DNA from: Amoebophrya sp. A120
Lineage: Eukaryota > Protista > Dinoflagellata
Assembly (NCBI GenBank): GCA_905178155.1
Contig: CAJINV010000004.1
Coordinates: 6,972,358-7,036,357 of the forward strand
Reading direction: 5' to 3'
Length of the DNA stretch: 64,000 nucleotides
A program made the translations under genes and the position numbers. Numbering within the stretch: position 1 is the first letter of the stretch; the number at the start of each line of letters is the position of its first letter. The notes below the pieces were generated by a model. It did no database searches and was not told where the DNA came from. It was given only the letters and a program-made list of their open reading frames with translations. Of the stretch, positions 1-11,907 are shown piece after piece.

Positions 1-360
1 AGAGGAGCGTCAGTATCACGAGGTAGGTAGGTAGGGAGGTAGGTGGGTAGCGTGCATCTCATTCCCGATATCAAAGCACAACTTTCTCCAGCTTCGATTG
101 TGGGAAGCAGAACGTCGTCGACAGACTCACGTACATCAGGATAAGCGAAATAGCGACACCGCGACGCCGAATATGTCTCCGCCACAATACGTCCACCACC
201 AAACGCAAACCAGACGCACGTCGACCTCGCCACGCACTGCGACTCCGGAAGAATGTTTTTCTATAACCCGCGACGGCCCGCCGTCTTCAGCATTTGCATA
301 ACCAACCAACCGACCAACCAACCCACCCCGAATTAACGCCTACAGGCACACGCCTACTCA

Positions 361-1702
361 AATTGTAATACAAATCGGGTCAGCATTACAAACCAAATTT
401 GTAATGAGGATCTACCTTAGCAACTAGATTTGTAAGAGGCTGTACGATTAATCGACCCCCTTTTCGATACCGAAAAGGGGGGTAGAAGCGGGAATCTGAT
501 CGAGCTTACCCCCCCACGCCCCCCTTTTCTAAATCCGGGGGCTGTTTATCGCGAAACCTATCGCGAATCTGAATCCGGGCGGCACGGCGCGCTTGACACC
601 TTTCGCCGCTTTGTTTTTTCAAAAGCGCAGCCACATGCGGTGCCCAGCTACAGCTAGCTTCGCTGGATTGTGACGCGCACTACCGTGCGCAAAGTACACA
701 GCGCCGACGCTATGGAGCGAGTTCTTGTTTGTTCTTTTTCTTTCAAAAAAAAAAAGCGCAAGAGAAGCAAAGCGTAAGCGACGCGCTTTCTGCTTCTCAA
801 AATAAAGCCGGCCCCGTTTCTCCCAAGACAAAGGGGGCGGCTTTCTTTCGCAGAACCCAGCAGCAGCACAGCTACCCTGGAGTAAATCATCTCCAACTTG
901 ATAACAATCCCAGTTGGTAGCTGTAGACGTAGACCGTGGACCTACAGCGGAAAAAAAGAACTGCTTCGCAGTAACTTGGGCGCAGTTTGTAGAAGTAAAC
1001 CCACTGTGGAGCAGCTCTATTACTCAAAAACGAAAGCTGTTCGCGATGCATCACGACGAAGCTTCTTCTCCTGCGAAGTAACTCTATTGCACAAAAACAG
1101 TGCTGCGACGCAATAGACCACCAGGAGGCAGCTACTTAGAACGCAGCATTGCACAACCACCCTCGGGCTGTTGAAGCGACCATCCCAGCACTTCCTGCAT
1201 TTGGAAAAGCAGCTGAGACGGCCACTTCGACCACTGGGGCGGCACGTTCTCCGCTGCATGTTCTCCGCTGCACGCACACACCAGCGCGCGCCGCGGGCTT
1301 TTTTTCAGTTTGCGCGCGCGCATCACGCGCTTTAACCGTTTTCTGTTGTTGCATCCGTATGCCGATCCGCGCGCGCCGCCCGCGCGCGCCCTCCCAAGAA
1401 ATTTCTGTTGTTCTGTTTCATTCTGTTCCAGCCACGCCGCAGAAACCGCAGCAGAAGAGAGACACGCTGAGAAACCGCAGTAAACAAAACGAGAGCTTTT
1501 TTGCCGGGGCGGGAAGTTGCGGATTTAGATTTTTGAAGTCCGAAAAGAAAAACTGGTCACCCGGCCATTTCTGGATACGACCCGCCAGACGACCGACCGC
1601 ACCTACCCCCCCCTTTTCGGTATCGAAAAGGGGGCCCATTAATCGTACGGCCTCTAATGCATAACTGCCATTAGCACGAGTACGATACTTTTGCACAAGA
1701 TA
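361..1702. mobile_element. Family-B introner interrupted by the Harbinger-like element; left TIR lost
   Basis: Right end GAGTACGATACTTTTGCACAAGATA; 361-435 aligns to the interior of the B copies at 28233 and 49833. Confidence 0.75.
436..1654. mobile_element. Non-autonomous PIF/Harbinger-like TIR element (~1.2 kb) nested in a family-B introner
   Basis: ~50-bp TIRs GAGGCTGTACGATTAATCGACCCCCTTTTCGATACCGAAAAGGGGGGTAG / CTACCCCCCCCTTTTCGGTATCGAAAAGGGGGCCCATTAATCGTACGGCCTC; TAA duplicated at 433-435 and 1655-1657; excision restores the family-B sequence GATTTGTAATGCA. Confidence 0.85.
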
Positions 1703-4700
1703 CAAAGGGCATACAGACGATTTGCGTGGCGTTCGACGCGAAAATGCAGTTCTGTTTCAAGGCTTGCTTGTTTTCTTCGTCTCGTAATTTTTCGATCTTG
1801 TCAAAGTACGCCTTTTCCCACACGAAGTATTTCAGTATATGACAGCGCACAACCCCCCCCTCCCAGTCCCACCCATTTGTCATGCAAAATCCCAAATCCA
1901 GTCGCTTCCCTGCTGTGGCACTGTTTGCATGACAAATTTCGAAAGCCCAAACATACAGTACTACAGTACGAGGCACATAAATTTGTAATGCGCAAGCTCC
2001 AGGTGGGTATGGGTAGCTGGCGTTTGTATTGCAGTTCATGCAAAAATACAAATGAGATGAGGGGGGGTTGTTGACTGTCATACACTATCCGGATGTTCGA
2101 CAAAACCTCGTCGCAGAGCCGCAGCCGCTGCTCCGTGTAGGTCGCCCGCTTGTGCTTCGCACGAAACAGGCACTTGCTCCAGATGAAGCCGAGCGGTCCG
2201 GAAAGTGTCAGAATCGCGAGGTAGAGCGCGGCTGGGACGAGGGTTAACAATTCGAAAAGAAACGCAGCCGACGCTAAGACCAGCAACGGCGCGCCCCAGA
2301 CTTGGTGCAGGTTTTGCGCGGCGTCGACGAATATCAAGCGCAAATATGCCTGGGTCTGGAAGAGTGCACGTTTGTCATGCTTGTGTGGCATGACTCTTAA
2401 ACCTGTCACGCACGCTACCCATGAGCCACGCTTTTCTGTCATGCAGAAACGCGCACTGTCATGCAGAATAGGCAACACCTAGAAGCTGCAGCTCGGAAAC
2501 TTGTCATGCTGAGCCAGCACTTGTGGCCACCTCATGGTACGCCACACAGCATCACAAGTTTCCAGACCCAGACCACATATTTGCAACGCATAACGAAGCG
2601 CTGCGACTCGTTGCAGATCAGGTTGGTCTATGCATTGCAAAAGCATCGTACTCGTATGGCAATTATGCATTACAATATATTTTCTCAAGGTAAATCCGCA
2701 TTACAAATTTTATGTCTCGCGCTGAGGGAATTTGTCATGCATTTATACGAGTGTGATACTTTTGCAATTCATATGGTCGCAATGGCCGCGCGGTCCTCGT
2801 CGGGGTCTTCTTCTCCCCGTTGTGTAAGGGGCGGGTGCGCACCAGGTGAAGACCCCCGTTCCTTTGTCTGAGGACCTACGTCAACCAGTGGTCTGATCTC
2901 ATTTTCTACCGCCAACCCGGGGACCGCATCCGGACTGGCGCAGTTGGAAGCGAAGGAGCTTCGGTGCTGGATGGACAAGCGCTTCTCAGCGTTTTGCAGC
3001 TGTGTGGATAAGCGACGGGATGGTACTAGTACTTCATCTTTACTCTTTTCAACATCCTTGGTGTCCCCACCTCTATCTGTAGTTCCCCCCGCAGCTGCCG
3101 TGCCCGAGCTACCGACGTCCTGCTGCCCCACCGTCTTGTGAAGGTCAAAAGTCGAGAGAAAACACCTGTGAATCAGATACGCGCGAATCCGGACCGCGAG
3201 CCGCATATTTGTGTGCACCGCCCAGTTTTGCGCAACGCAGCTCATCACCAAGGCGAGGTAGAGGAGGACCACGTAAGAGAAGGCGGCGTGGGAGGAGTGG
3301 GGGATGGTGTTGCTGTTGTCTGCTAAAAACTCTGCTCCTGGTGTACTGGTATGCGCTTGTAGATGTTCATCTTCACTTGTTCCATGTTGACCAATATGGA
3401 TTGCAAAAATGTCTGGGTCTGGAAGGTTGGAACTTGTGATGCTAACTCTGGACTCTAAAAAATTCTGTATTGCATGACCAGCAAGAGGAGTCCGGTTTGT
3501 GCTACGCGTGGAGGGGATTTGTCATGCGGAATAGGCATCAGGAAGGCCTCTTGAAATCTGTGATACTAGGGCTTTCATGACAGACATTCTGTGTCATGCA
3601 AAAACAGCATAACAAATTTCGGATTCTTCCAGACCCAGACATTTTTACATTTGATAACCAAGATCGTTTTCCACATGCGCCACCAGCTCCGAAATGGGGG
3701 ACAGCTGTATCGTAAGGAAAAATCCCCCCTTCCCATATTCAAAGCGCATTCGTCTGAAAATTTGTGATGCACATTTGTCACCACAAATCCGGCCTGTCTT
3801 CCGAGAAGGCAAAGCCAGAGAGTCCGTCGCATTATGTTTATGCAGGCGGTTTGCGATGCTGCTGGGCTTACAGCGCAGACATCTGCCATGCTAGTCGCCT
3901 ACGTCAAAACCTCTCGCCTCAGGCTCGGCACATGCCTGCAGTCCTCTCCAGCAAGACAGACCTTAGTTGTGTACACAAATCCAGCAACATAAGTTCCCGG
4001 TTCAATATGGGGAGGGGGCTTTTCTCACTTTGATAAGCTGCGCAGCCGCATCCTCGCCGTTTCTGCCAACCCCGGATGGAAAAAAGAGGGCGTCCTCGCG
4101 GTCGCCCTTCCTTATGCTGTGCAGCAGTGCGTAGATGGCAAGCGGGATCGACAACCGCCAACAGACCTCGGTTAGTTGCAACAGTGTATCAAGTGCAAAT
4201 GTGTCTGGGTCTCGATGGTTGAACTTGTAATGCTAGCTTTACACTCCTGGGAAATCTGTATTGCATACTTAACCGACAAAAGCCGCAGCCATTTTTGTCA
4301 TGCAAGAATGAAAGCAGTTTCTCATGCGCACTGCCTATGAGAAAGCGCTCCGGAAAGTTGTCATGCTGGGCTCCTGCATTCGGAAGTGTTTCCATCATGC
4401 ACACTTCAACATCACAGGTTTCCAGACCCAGACATATTTGCATTTTATACAGTGCGCCGAAGAGCAAATGGCCCTTCTCCCGGTGGAATACCTCCTCGCG
4501 GAAGCGGCGGGGAGGAGAAGGTGGATGTTGTCCTGGTGTCGCTTGGTGCTGCTGAGGCTGTTCTTCGTTTCCGGCATCAACATCATTACCATTCCCGCTT
4601 TGCTTGTCGGTAGCCGGACGAGCTTTAGATGAAGAAGTGCCCGGTCGTGGTTCTATTTCGCTAGTATCGCCAAAAGCATCTTCGCGCGCGAGTGGCGGGA

Positions 4701-5196
4701 GGTCGTTGAGCGTGATCGCCCGGCCTTTTTTCAGGGTGCTGGTATGGATGTGTCAGAGTTGAAATCGACAAAGTTGAAATAATTTGTCATGCATAAAATG
4801 GATACCAGTTGGAACCCAGTTTCCAAGTGGCGCATGACAAATTTCGGTGGTCCCTAAATCCAGTCTGTCATGCTGTTTAGGCAGAGAAGAGCGATTTTCT
4901 CATGCTACTTTAGCAGCTGGAGCTGTAACCCCAAACAGGCTGACAATCGGCCTCATTTGCCCGCTCTGCAACGCACGTACCTCGGGTCATGCATTTTATG
5001 CATTACAAAGTATTTCAACTTTGACGATTTCAAACCTGACGCTTCCATAGTTGGAGATTTTGGTGTAGAACGGGTCTCCCTGAAGCCGGAACCACTGCGC
5101 GCAGCAAGAGAAGAGGCTGGTGGTGGTCGTGTGGGGGGACAAAGTCGAGCGATTATCTACGTCACTACGTAAAGACGAGGACGAAGAGGAAGACAT
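1703..5196 (-). CDS. ABCC/MRP-type ABC transporter, 5' part (TMD1), split by 7 introners; continues leftwards
   Basis: Spliced product reads KKGRAITLNDLPPLARED...NMRLAVRIRAYL...TNLICNESQRFVDAAQNLHQVWGAPL...EQRLRLCDEVLSNIRILKYFVWEKAY, which are ABCC TMD1 motifs; every junction is in frame. Confidence 0.85.
1838..2082. mobile_element. Introner family F
   Basis: TIR TATGACAGCGCACAACCCCCC / GGGGGTTGTTGACTGTCATA; TSD CAGTA/CACTA; removal gives NIRI(L/V)KYFVW. Confidence 0.9.
2332..2592. mobile_element. Introner family A
   Basis: TIR TATCAAGCGCAAATATGCCTGGGTCTGGAA / TTCCAGACCCAGACC...GCATA; TSD ACGAA. Confidence 0.92.
2629..2773. mobile_element. Introner family B
   Basis: TIR TATGCATTGCAAAAGCATCGTACTCGTA / TACGAGTGTGATACTTTTGCAATTCATA; TSD TGGTC. 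Confidence 0.92.
3395..3656. mobile_element. Introner family A
   Basis: Family-A TIRs; TSD ACCAA; frame restored. Confidence 0.92.
3708..4035. mobile_element. Introner family E
   Basis: TIR TATCGTAAGGAAAAATCCCCCTTCCCATATT / AATATGGGGAGGGGGCTTTTCTCACTTTGATA; TSD AGCTG; paralog at 35005. Confidence 0.92.
4187..4449. mobile_element. Introner family A
   Basis: Family-A TIRs; TSD CAGTG; gives LLFGAL|LQLTEV. Confidence 0.92.
4743..5049. mobile_element. Introner family C
   Basis: TIR TATGGATGTGTCAGAGTTGAAATCGACAAAGTTGAAATA / TATTTCAACTTTGACGATTTCAAACCTGACGCTTCCATA; TSD GCTGG/GTTGG; close inverted paralog at 49488. Confidence 0.92.
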
Positions 5197-6532
5197 GATG
5201 TGTTGTTGACTTACTTTTATGTTCTTGAATGTCGATCACAAGTGTGCTAGTAGTAGTACTGCTTGTGGCAGCAGTGTCGATCATGCAGGATGAGCATCTG
5301 GAGATCAGTTTCAGAAAACAGAAAACGGCGTCTGTGGCAACAAGGCCCTGTTTGCTTCTTGCAATACATATGCGTAAGATAAGGATAACACGCACGAATG
5401 AAGAAACGAAACAAAAGAAAACGAAAAAACACTAGAGCAGGCAAGTACTGGGCTGAGATGGTGAGTAATAAAGGCTACATTCCATGGCCATGCAGATCCC
5501 TTGCAGTCGGGAACGCCCGATCCTTTGTTCCCTAGTGATCCTTTGCTCCCTCCTGGGCAGGAGCAGTAACCAACATGAACACTTTTCATACCCTTGCACC
5601 AGTTCCAGTCGTCATTCACATTCTTTCATCTCAATTCATTTACTTATACACAGTTAGACGCGGCGCTTGCGCTGGTGGTTTTCAAAAGAGTAGTGGTGGC
5701 TGAATGCAAGTAGAGATCGGCGGGAAAACACGGACGAGGGCGTTCGTGTTGAAAACCAGACGGAAAGAACAGCTGCAAACTGCCAGCTGAAACATGTATA
5801 CATTGGTCTAAATCATACAACCCTGCTGAGGACGAGGTCTAGTCGTGAATTTGGTCTATTTGCAAGTTGTACTTACAGCGCATCGGTGTCGCTCATGCGG
5901 TCGTGCCGTCGTCTTATAATTTCCGCCGGAGCCAGAAGCAGAACAAAGCATTCCTTCGCAATGCGTTTGCATGTGTCACCCGGATCGAGCAGGAACGGCA
6001 CGGAAACAGCATGAAACGAGGCAGGAGCGGCATGAAAACATGAAACCAGCAACAAAACCAAAGCGCGGCTAGATGACATACAGGGAGAGGGACGCAGATG
6101 AAAACGGAAAAAATTGAAATACGTGTAGACTTGGTAAATATCTTCGCCGTCCCAGGTCTTCTAAAGAGAACACTTTATGTCGCATGGAGGCAAGCCATCC
6201 GATGGGATGAATGATAATGAATGGCGGGTCGTCCATATAATAACATCACCCGGACGAGGTGGTGGATTTGCTTTTGTTTTTGTATTTATCGGTGCCTTGA
6301 GTAGTTTGATCTTCTTTTTCCGAGTACTGTACCACTACACATGATCCATGTGGTGTTTTCATTCTGCGCATCGCGATTTGGCACGGAATAGAAACAGAGC
6401 AAGCTTGCGCTGGCAGTGCTTTTGCCTTTGCAATATGTGTCAATTGTGCCATCAGCATCACCTCCGGGAGCGCCGGGGCAGCATAGCAGGATCACCCCAA
6501 AATCAACTAAGTACTCCCACGTCGTCAACACC

Positions 6533-8825
6533 CTACGCCCCACCCAGACCCGTCGCGAGTTCGCGTACGCACCGCACGCAGCGACAGTCGAAGCCGTATT
6601 CGCGCAGCATTTTTTGCCGCTTTTCCACCGGATCGCTGTCCTCCACGTAGCAGACGAACAACTCCTCCCCGGCGCGGATGGGCCGCAGGGCGCGCGCGGA
6701 CATGACGTGATTCCCGTTGTCGAAGAAGAATTTCATGTTCGGTTCGCAGCTGTGGTTGCAGCGCGCGATCTTCGCGGAGAAGGCCGTCGCGTGGTAGGCC
6801 GGCCACTCCTTGGCCAGCAAATCTGCCCCGGAAATGGCCGCAACCTCCGCGCGGATTTGCTCCCACAGAAAGTCCGGGATCCCGTTGCCACCGGCTTCTT
6901 CCAAAGTCATCTCCTCCGGGGGGCAATCCACGCATTCGAGGCCGTTATCTTCGGCGTTGTTCATTTTTCTACTCTGCTGTTCTTGACCTTCTTCTTCCAT
7001 GCCCTCCTCGTCCTCGTCGTCTTCGAACTCTTCGTCATCATCCACGTCGTAATTCCCCGTGATACTGTCGTCCCAGACGCATCTCGTTAAAACCTCCCGC
7101 GACCGCAGTAATTCCTCGTACGCAGCCGCTTCGTCTGCGTTCTATCAAATGCAAATATGTCTGGGTCCGGAAGAATCTGAGTTTGTCATGCTAGATCTGA
7201 TCGACACAAAAATCTGTATTGCATGACCAGCAAAAGCTCCCACTTTTGGCTACTCGAACGCAAGATTTCTCATGCGGAATAAGCATCGAGGAGCCCCCTT
7301 CTCCAAACTTGTGATGCCAGAGCCCGCATTCCAACCTTCTGGGTCATGCGTAACCTGCATAACAAACCTTGCATTTTCCAGACCCAGACACTTTTGCAAT
7401 TCATACGTTCTTTTGGTTCGCCACGTTGGCGAAGTGGTTCGCGAAAAACGGGGTGAGAAAGCTGTCCACCTGTAAATCCACGTTGCAGACCTCGAACAAT
7501 CCGAGGATTTTCGTGAAAAATTTCTCGTCTGCAAAAAGCAACTCCAATTCACGGGCCAGCTGCTTGTTGTGTTGACACTCGGAATTGAAAAATTTCGCGA
7601 AGTGGGACTTGAGTAAGAAAAAACCCTGGGACAGCGTTTGAGCAGTTTCCTTCTTAAACTCGTCGTCTTTCGGGCGGTTCGGGGGCGGCCGACAAACGTC
7701 GAGGAAATCCCCGTGGCAAAACTCGAGAAGTTCCTGCATTAAAAGTTTCATAGACGGAGGTGGAAGTTGCTGCTGTTGCTGTTGCTGTTGCGGAACCGAG
7801 GAAGTAGAGGAAGAAGAGGAGGAAGACGATGATCCAGACGAGTTATTATTTCCCGCCGCATTTAGATTTATCCCTCTCCTCACCTTCTGCACCAAATGCG
7901 CCATAACCTTTGCTGCCAGCATCATGGTTTCTATGAATTCGATCGAGTGCATCTTGAACTCCACAAGGGCGTTATCCTGAGTAAAAACGTCCCCACACCA
8001 GAGTCAGGATGGGGATTTTGCAACACAAGCCTAGGAGTTTTGTGAGTCACGCATGACAAGTTGCATTCCGCAGTGTAGTGCAGGTTAGCAAGTGCAGCCG
8101 CGTCACAGATTCATCTGCTCATCCTGTTCACAGCATCACAAATTCCAAAACACGATTGGAAATGGCTCTCAAGGGGATGCACATTACAAGTCTTCCTGTC
8201 TTTGCAAAACTCTGGTGTGGGGACGTTTTTACTCAGGATAGGCGTCGGTCTGGGATTCGCAACTCGCAACGCACAGAATCTCGTGCGAATGCGTCCAGTC
8301 CGCGAGGCGGCACTGCTCGCTGCAGTACCGCTCGCCGCACTGGCATTTCACCATGGTGGAGGCGGCCTGTTGATATCGATTGAGGTCGGTGGAAAAAGTT
8401 GAAATATGTCATGGAAAATTTGTTGCTCTGCTTCTGCCTGTTGCTATTGCAGATCCCGAGTACAACATCATCAAACTTTCTATGCAAGATGAAAACAAAC
8501 TTTATACGCCGAGTCCACTCTGCCATTTTTCCACGTACGGTAGTATTTTCTCGAGCATCGGCTGGAAATGCGGCTCATCGCCAAACATTGATTCCAACTG
8601 CGTCCCGATGCACGGTACAAACCTACTGCAGTACGCGCAGTTGGTGCAGAACCTGCGGTTTCCCGTATGCTGCAGGGAAAACAGCGGTGTGTCCTGGAAG
8701 ATGACGGCATTCTGTTCGATGGGCACGTTGCAGAAAAGCCCGTAACCCGAGTCGGCGTTGTTGTCGGAGACACCGGACTTCTTAATCACGATGGAGGGCT
8801 GCTGTTGCTGTGTCATGGCCGCCAT
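6533..8825 (-). CDS. SET and MYND domain protein (SMYD5/ATXR2-like lysine methyltransferase), ~536 aa
   Basis: GYGLF..., MYND CAYC...CQCGERYCSEQCRLADWTHSHEILC, SET NHSCEPN...GEELFVCY, post-SET FDCRCVRC; GT-AG intron 8367-8507 plus two introners. Confidence 0.88.
7143..7405. mobile_element. Introner family A
   Basis: Family-A TIRs; TSD CGTTC; frame restored (NQKN|ADEAAA). Confidence 0.92.
7973..8240. mobile_element. Introner family D
   Basis: 32-bp TIR TATCCTGAGTAAAAACGTCCCCACACCAGAGT; TSD GGCGT. Confidence 0.93.
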
Positions 8826-9646
8826 TTTGATCGTCGTGAAGAAAGGATCAATAATTTTCCGCGGGGTTCACAGTTGTAAGGGGAAATAAAGTACTTATCA
8901 AATGTTCTTCAATAAAATGAACTTCGATCTTTTATCTCCGCAAGAAGTGGGCGCGCGCAAAGGTCTAAAACACAAGACCAAAATGTCTAGCTCAGCAGTG
9001 TGAATGCAATCAAGAAGCCTGCACCATCAATAGATGTAAGTAGTAGATACCAAATGCGTCGCTGTGTGAAATAGAGAAAACTAACATGATCCAGATTTTC
9101 AAAGAGGCGTTCGAATAAAATTGTAATTGTTCTAAGTAGCTGATAGGTTCCATGGGGATCTGTCAGGTTGCAAGTGGGCGAAATTTTTGGATTTGCCCGG
9201 CCCTCTGGTAAGTACGTCAGAAGATGATCGCAGAAATTCCACCTTGCTTTCAAACTCTGGTTTCTTCTTCTTCACCGTGATCTCTTCAGAGGTGGAAGAT
9301 CAACGTGATGTACTTTCAAAATTCTCTTTTCTCTTGGATCCAGCCCAACGAATTTGACAGGGGCGTTTCTTCTGATCCTTTTTTGTGCTTGTCTGACAGA
9401 TCTTTTGACCACTTTGACAGCAAGAGCGAATGCAAATACGGGATCGGTTGTTCCATGATGATCGAACAATCGCCGTGATCGCATGCTCGTTGTCCCCTGC
9501 TTTCGCCAATGCAGGAGGTCTTCAGGCTGCATGCTTTTTATCATGTTGCGGTTGCGCGTTGGCGTTCTACTCTGTAATCAAGTAATATTTTGTCAGAGTT
9601 GTACTTGTTCTTCTGTCGGTCGTTGTGTGATACAAATGGTTCGTCT

Positions 9647-10063
9647 TTACCTTTCCCCATCCCCTTCGTCTGCTGATATGTAGAGAACATTGTTCCCTCG
9701 GAGGAACAAGTTACTTGAGTAGTTTGCGACCACAGCACCGGTTGGGCTAAATTCCTGTGCATTGTCCAGGACCACGTTCATGTACCTGGTTTTGGTCGTT
9801 TTGGGAATGTCAGTTTGTTATGGGGACGAAAGGGAACCGAAACAGCAGTTGATGAGGTGTTTTTAAGTACGAGGACACACTATCGTGGTTTACTACGAAA
9901 AAAAAAAAAGGAAAAACAAATCTCGATTTTCTCTCATGTACCCGTCCAAGCATGTCAAGTCGCCCCTGTAGTCAGTCCCATTGTTCAACTTTACTATTAC
10001 CGCCTTCCCGACAACGCCCTGGATAAACTCGCCGGGACTGCGCTTCTTGCCGATGGCCGACAT
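9647..10063 (-). CDS. LSM6: U6 snRNA-associated Sm-like protein LSm6 (86 aa, one GT-AG intron 9786-9941)
   Basis: SPGEFIQGVVGKAVIVKLNNGTDYRGDLTCLDG|YMNVVLDNAQE...LFLRGNNVLYIS contains the Sm1 and Sm2 motifs. Confidence 0.88.
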
Positions 10064-10426
10064 GTTCTTTATTTGGCGTCGGAGGTCGGAGTCGCTAAGA
10101 GATACGATAAGAAAACAGGTCGTTTTTTTCGGTGAAGCAATATTTGTTCGCAGTTTAAAAATAGTAGATTTTCGGTGTCGCCTGTTGGTATGCTTGGAGT
10201 TGGAAGAGATAAACCATGGACATACTTTGGTGAAACAAAATTGATCCAAAATCACTTCATATGCAGCCGGTGGTGAAAAAGATCCATACTCTGCAAGAAG
10301 AACGGGCGTGATCTTATTTACAGCACAGGAGTTCGAGTTTTTGTCTTATTGTTGTCCTTCTCCTTCGCGATAGCATCTCTTCGAGATCGAGATCGAGAAA
10401 CCATAAAAGCCAAAGCGAGCCATAAA

Positions 10427-11482
10427 GGAGTGAATGAGATTGTTTCAGCTTGTGCGGATCTGTAGATCGGTACAAACTCGTATCACAGGAAAAAGTGTAG
10501 ACGTAGACGGTTTTAAGAAAATGCAACAAAAAAATTTTGTGAGCACCCTAGAGGATATTACGAATGCCATAAGAACACGCACTCACATGGCTAGCTATTG
10601 CGGGACTCCTTTGTAGCTTAATTCATTTGCGCTAGCTTGTGCAAAAGGTCTGGGCGCCGTCCTGCCGATCCATCAAGTGCCGTTCGAGGAGACCTGTCTG
10701 GACAACCACTGTTCCTGGCCCGGGGTTGTAACGCCCCAGAAACAGGCCGGCTGGGTGGAGTCTGCAACTTTCCGGCTGAGAGTCAGGCAATTCTCCGGCG
10801 GGAACGTCAGCAGGGTTTCCCTGCGAGAGGGCTGGGCCGCCGCAAATAAGGCGCTAACCCAGTTGGCGGAGGCGAAGCTGATTGACAGTGAAGCGATGCG
10901 CCTGCTCACGGCTCGCAAAACCCTCGCAAAGCCCTGGCGAACTGTGTTGATTGTCTCTAGGGAATTCGTCTGCTGTTCAAATTTTGCGACTTATCTGCTC
11001 ACCATTTTGAACAAAAAAACCGGAGCTCGGAAATTTTGCCTGCCTCCAAGGCCAAATTTCCAAGGTACCCCAAAAACCGTCTACATCGACACTAGACTGC
11101 ATGGCATGGTCCATGTAGACGGTCAAAAAGTGGCCCTGACCAACAAAAAACCCCAGAAAAACCGTCTACGTCGCATCTAGACTGCGTGCTATGGTCGATT
11201 CAGGAGCTCCAAAAGGGTCGCCAGTCCCGGGACCCCGTTTTGGAAGGGCCGAGTCGACCATAGCAGGCAGTCTGGAGGCGACGTAGACGGTTTTTTGCAG
11301 ACGTGGCTTTTTTGAGCTCAAAATGGTGCCAGATGAACACTTTTTTCTGCCGGTCTCGGGGAGACCCTGAAAAACCGTCTACATCGCATATAGACTGCAT
11401 GCTATGGTCGACTCAGCCCTTCCAAAACGGAGTGAGTGAGATTGTGTGACCTTGTGTGGATCTGTAGATCGGTACAAACTCG
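10427..11482. repeat. Intergenic composite repeat: 54-bp direct repeats around ~950 bp with AAAACCGTCTAC...TAGACTGC units and a ~60-bp inverted repeat
   Basis: 10427-10480 matches 11429-11482 with 5 mismatches; units at ~11072, ~11157 and 11370, inverted at 11235-11296. Confidence 0.75.
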
Positions 11483-11907
11483 GAGCAAACAGGGGAGAGC
11501 GCGACCGCAAACGCAGCAGTAAGCTACATCTTCAGCAAGTAGACACTTCTTGCATGCTCTGTCTCGTCCCTTAAGTTTTTATATATGTCGCAGTCGCTGC
11601 TGGATAATCTTAATCAATAAATTATAAAAGTCATAAAGTGGTAGAGCTCGACGCCGACCCCGAGCTCGTTCACAACTTCAATGTTGAACTTGCTGACGCA
11701 GTCACGAAGCTGATCGTGACCAAGAAGAAAAAGCCGGCCTCAATATTGGCTCTAACTATCTGCTACAGTTTTTTCTTTTCACATATTCGTCGGCTGATAT
11801 CTTCATCTCCAGGAGCTGGACCATCTCGGCTAATATGGTCTCCTCACGTCGTTGATGACAGGTGCATTTATAATGTGCTGTTGGCTCCACAACCCGTAGT
11901 AGTGGCG

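Noticed and set aside
14-330. Possible mini TATC...GATA element at 14-70, GGTA/CCAA microsatellites and a further ABC exon at 71-300
   Set aside because: No 5-bp TSD, weak TIR, and no single convincing reading frame
6416-7090. Long plus-strand ORFs (also 11638, 22053, 37467, 60928)
   Set aside because: Antisense shadows of GC-rich minus-strand exons with clear domain motifs
11072-11430. Repeat-spacer-like array resembling CRISPR
   Set aside because: Units are degenerate, irregularly spaced and partly inverted; the context is eukaryotic and has no cas genes
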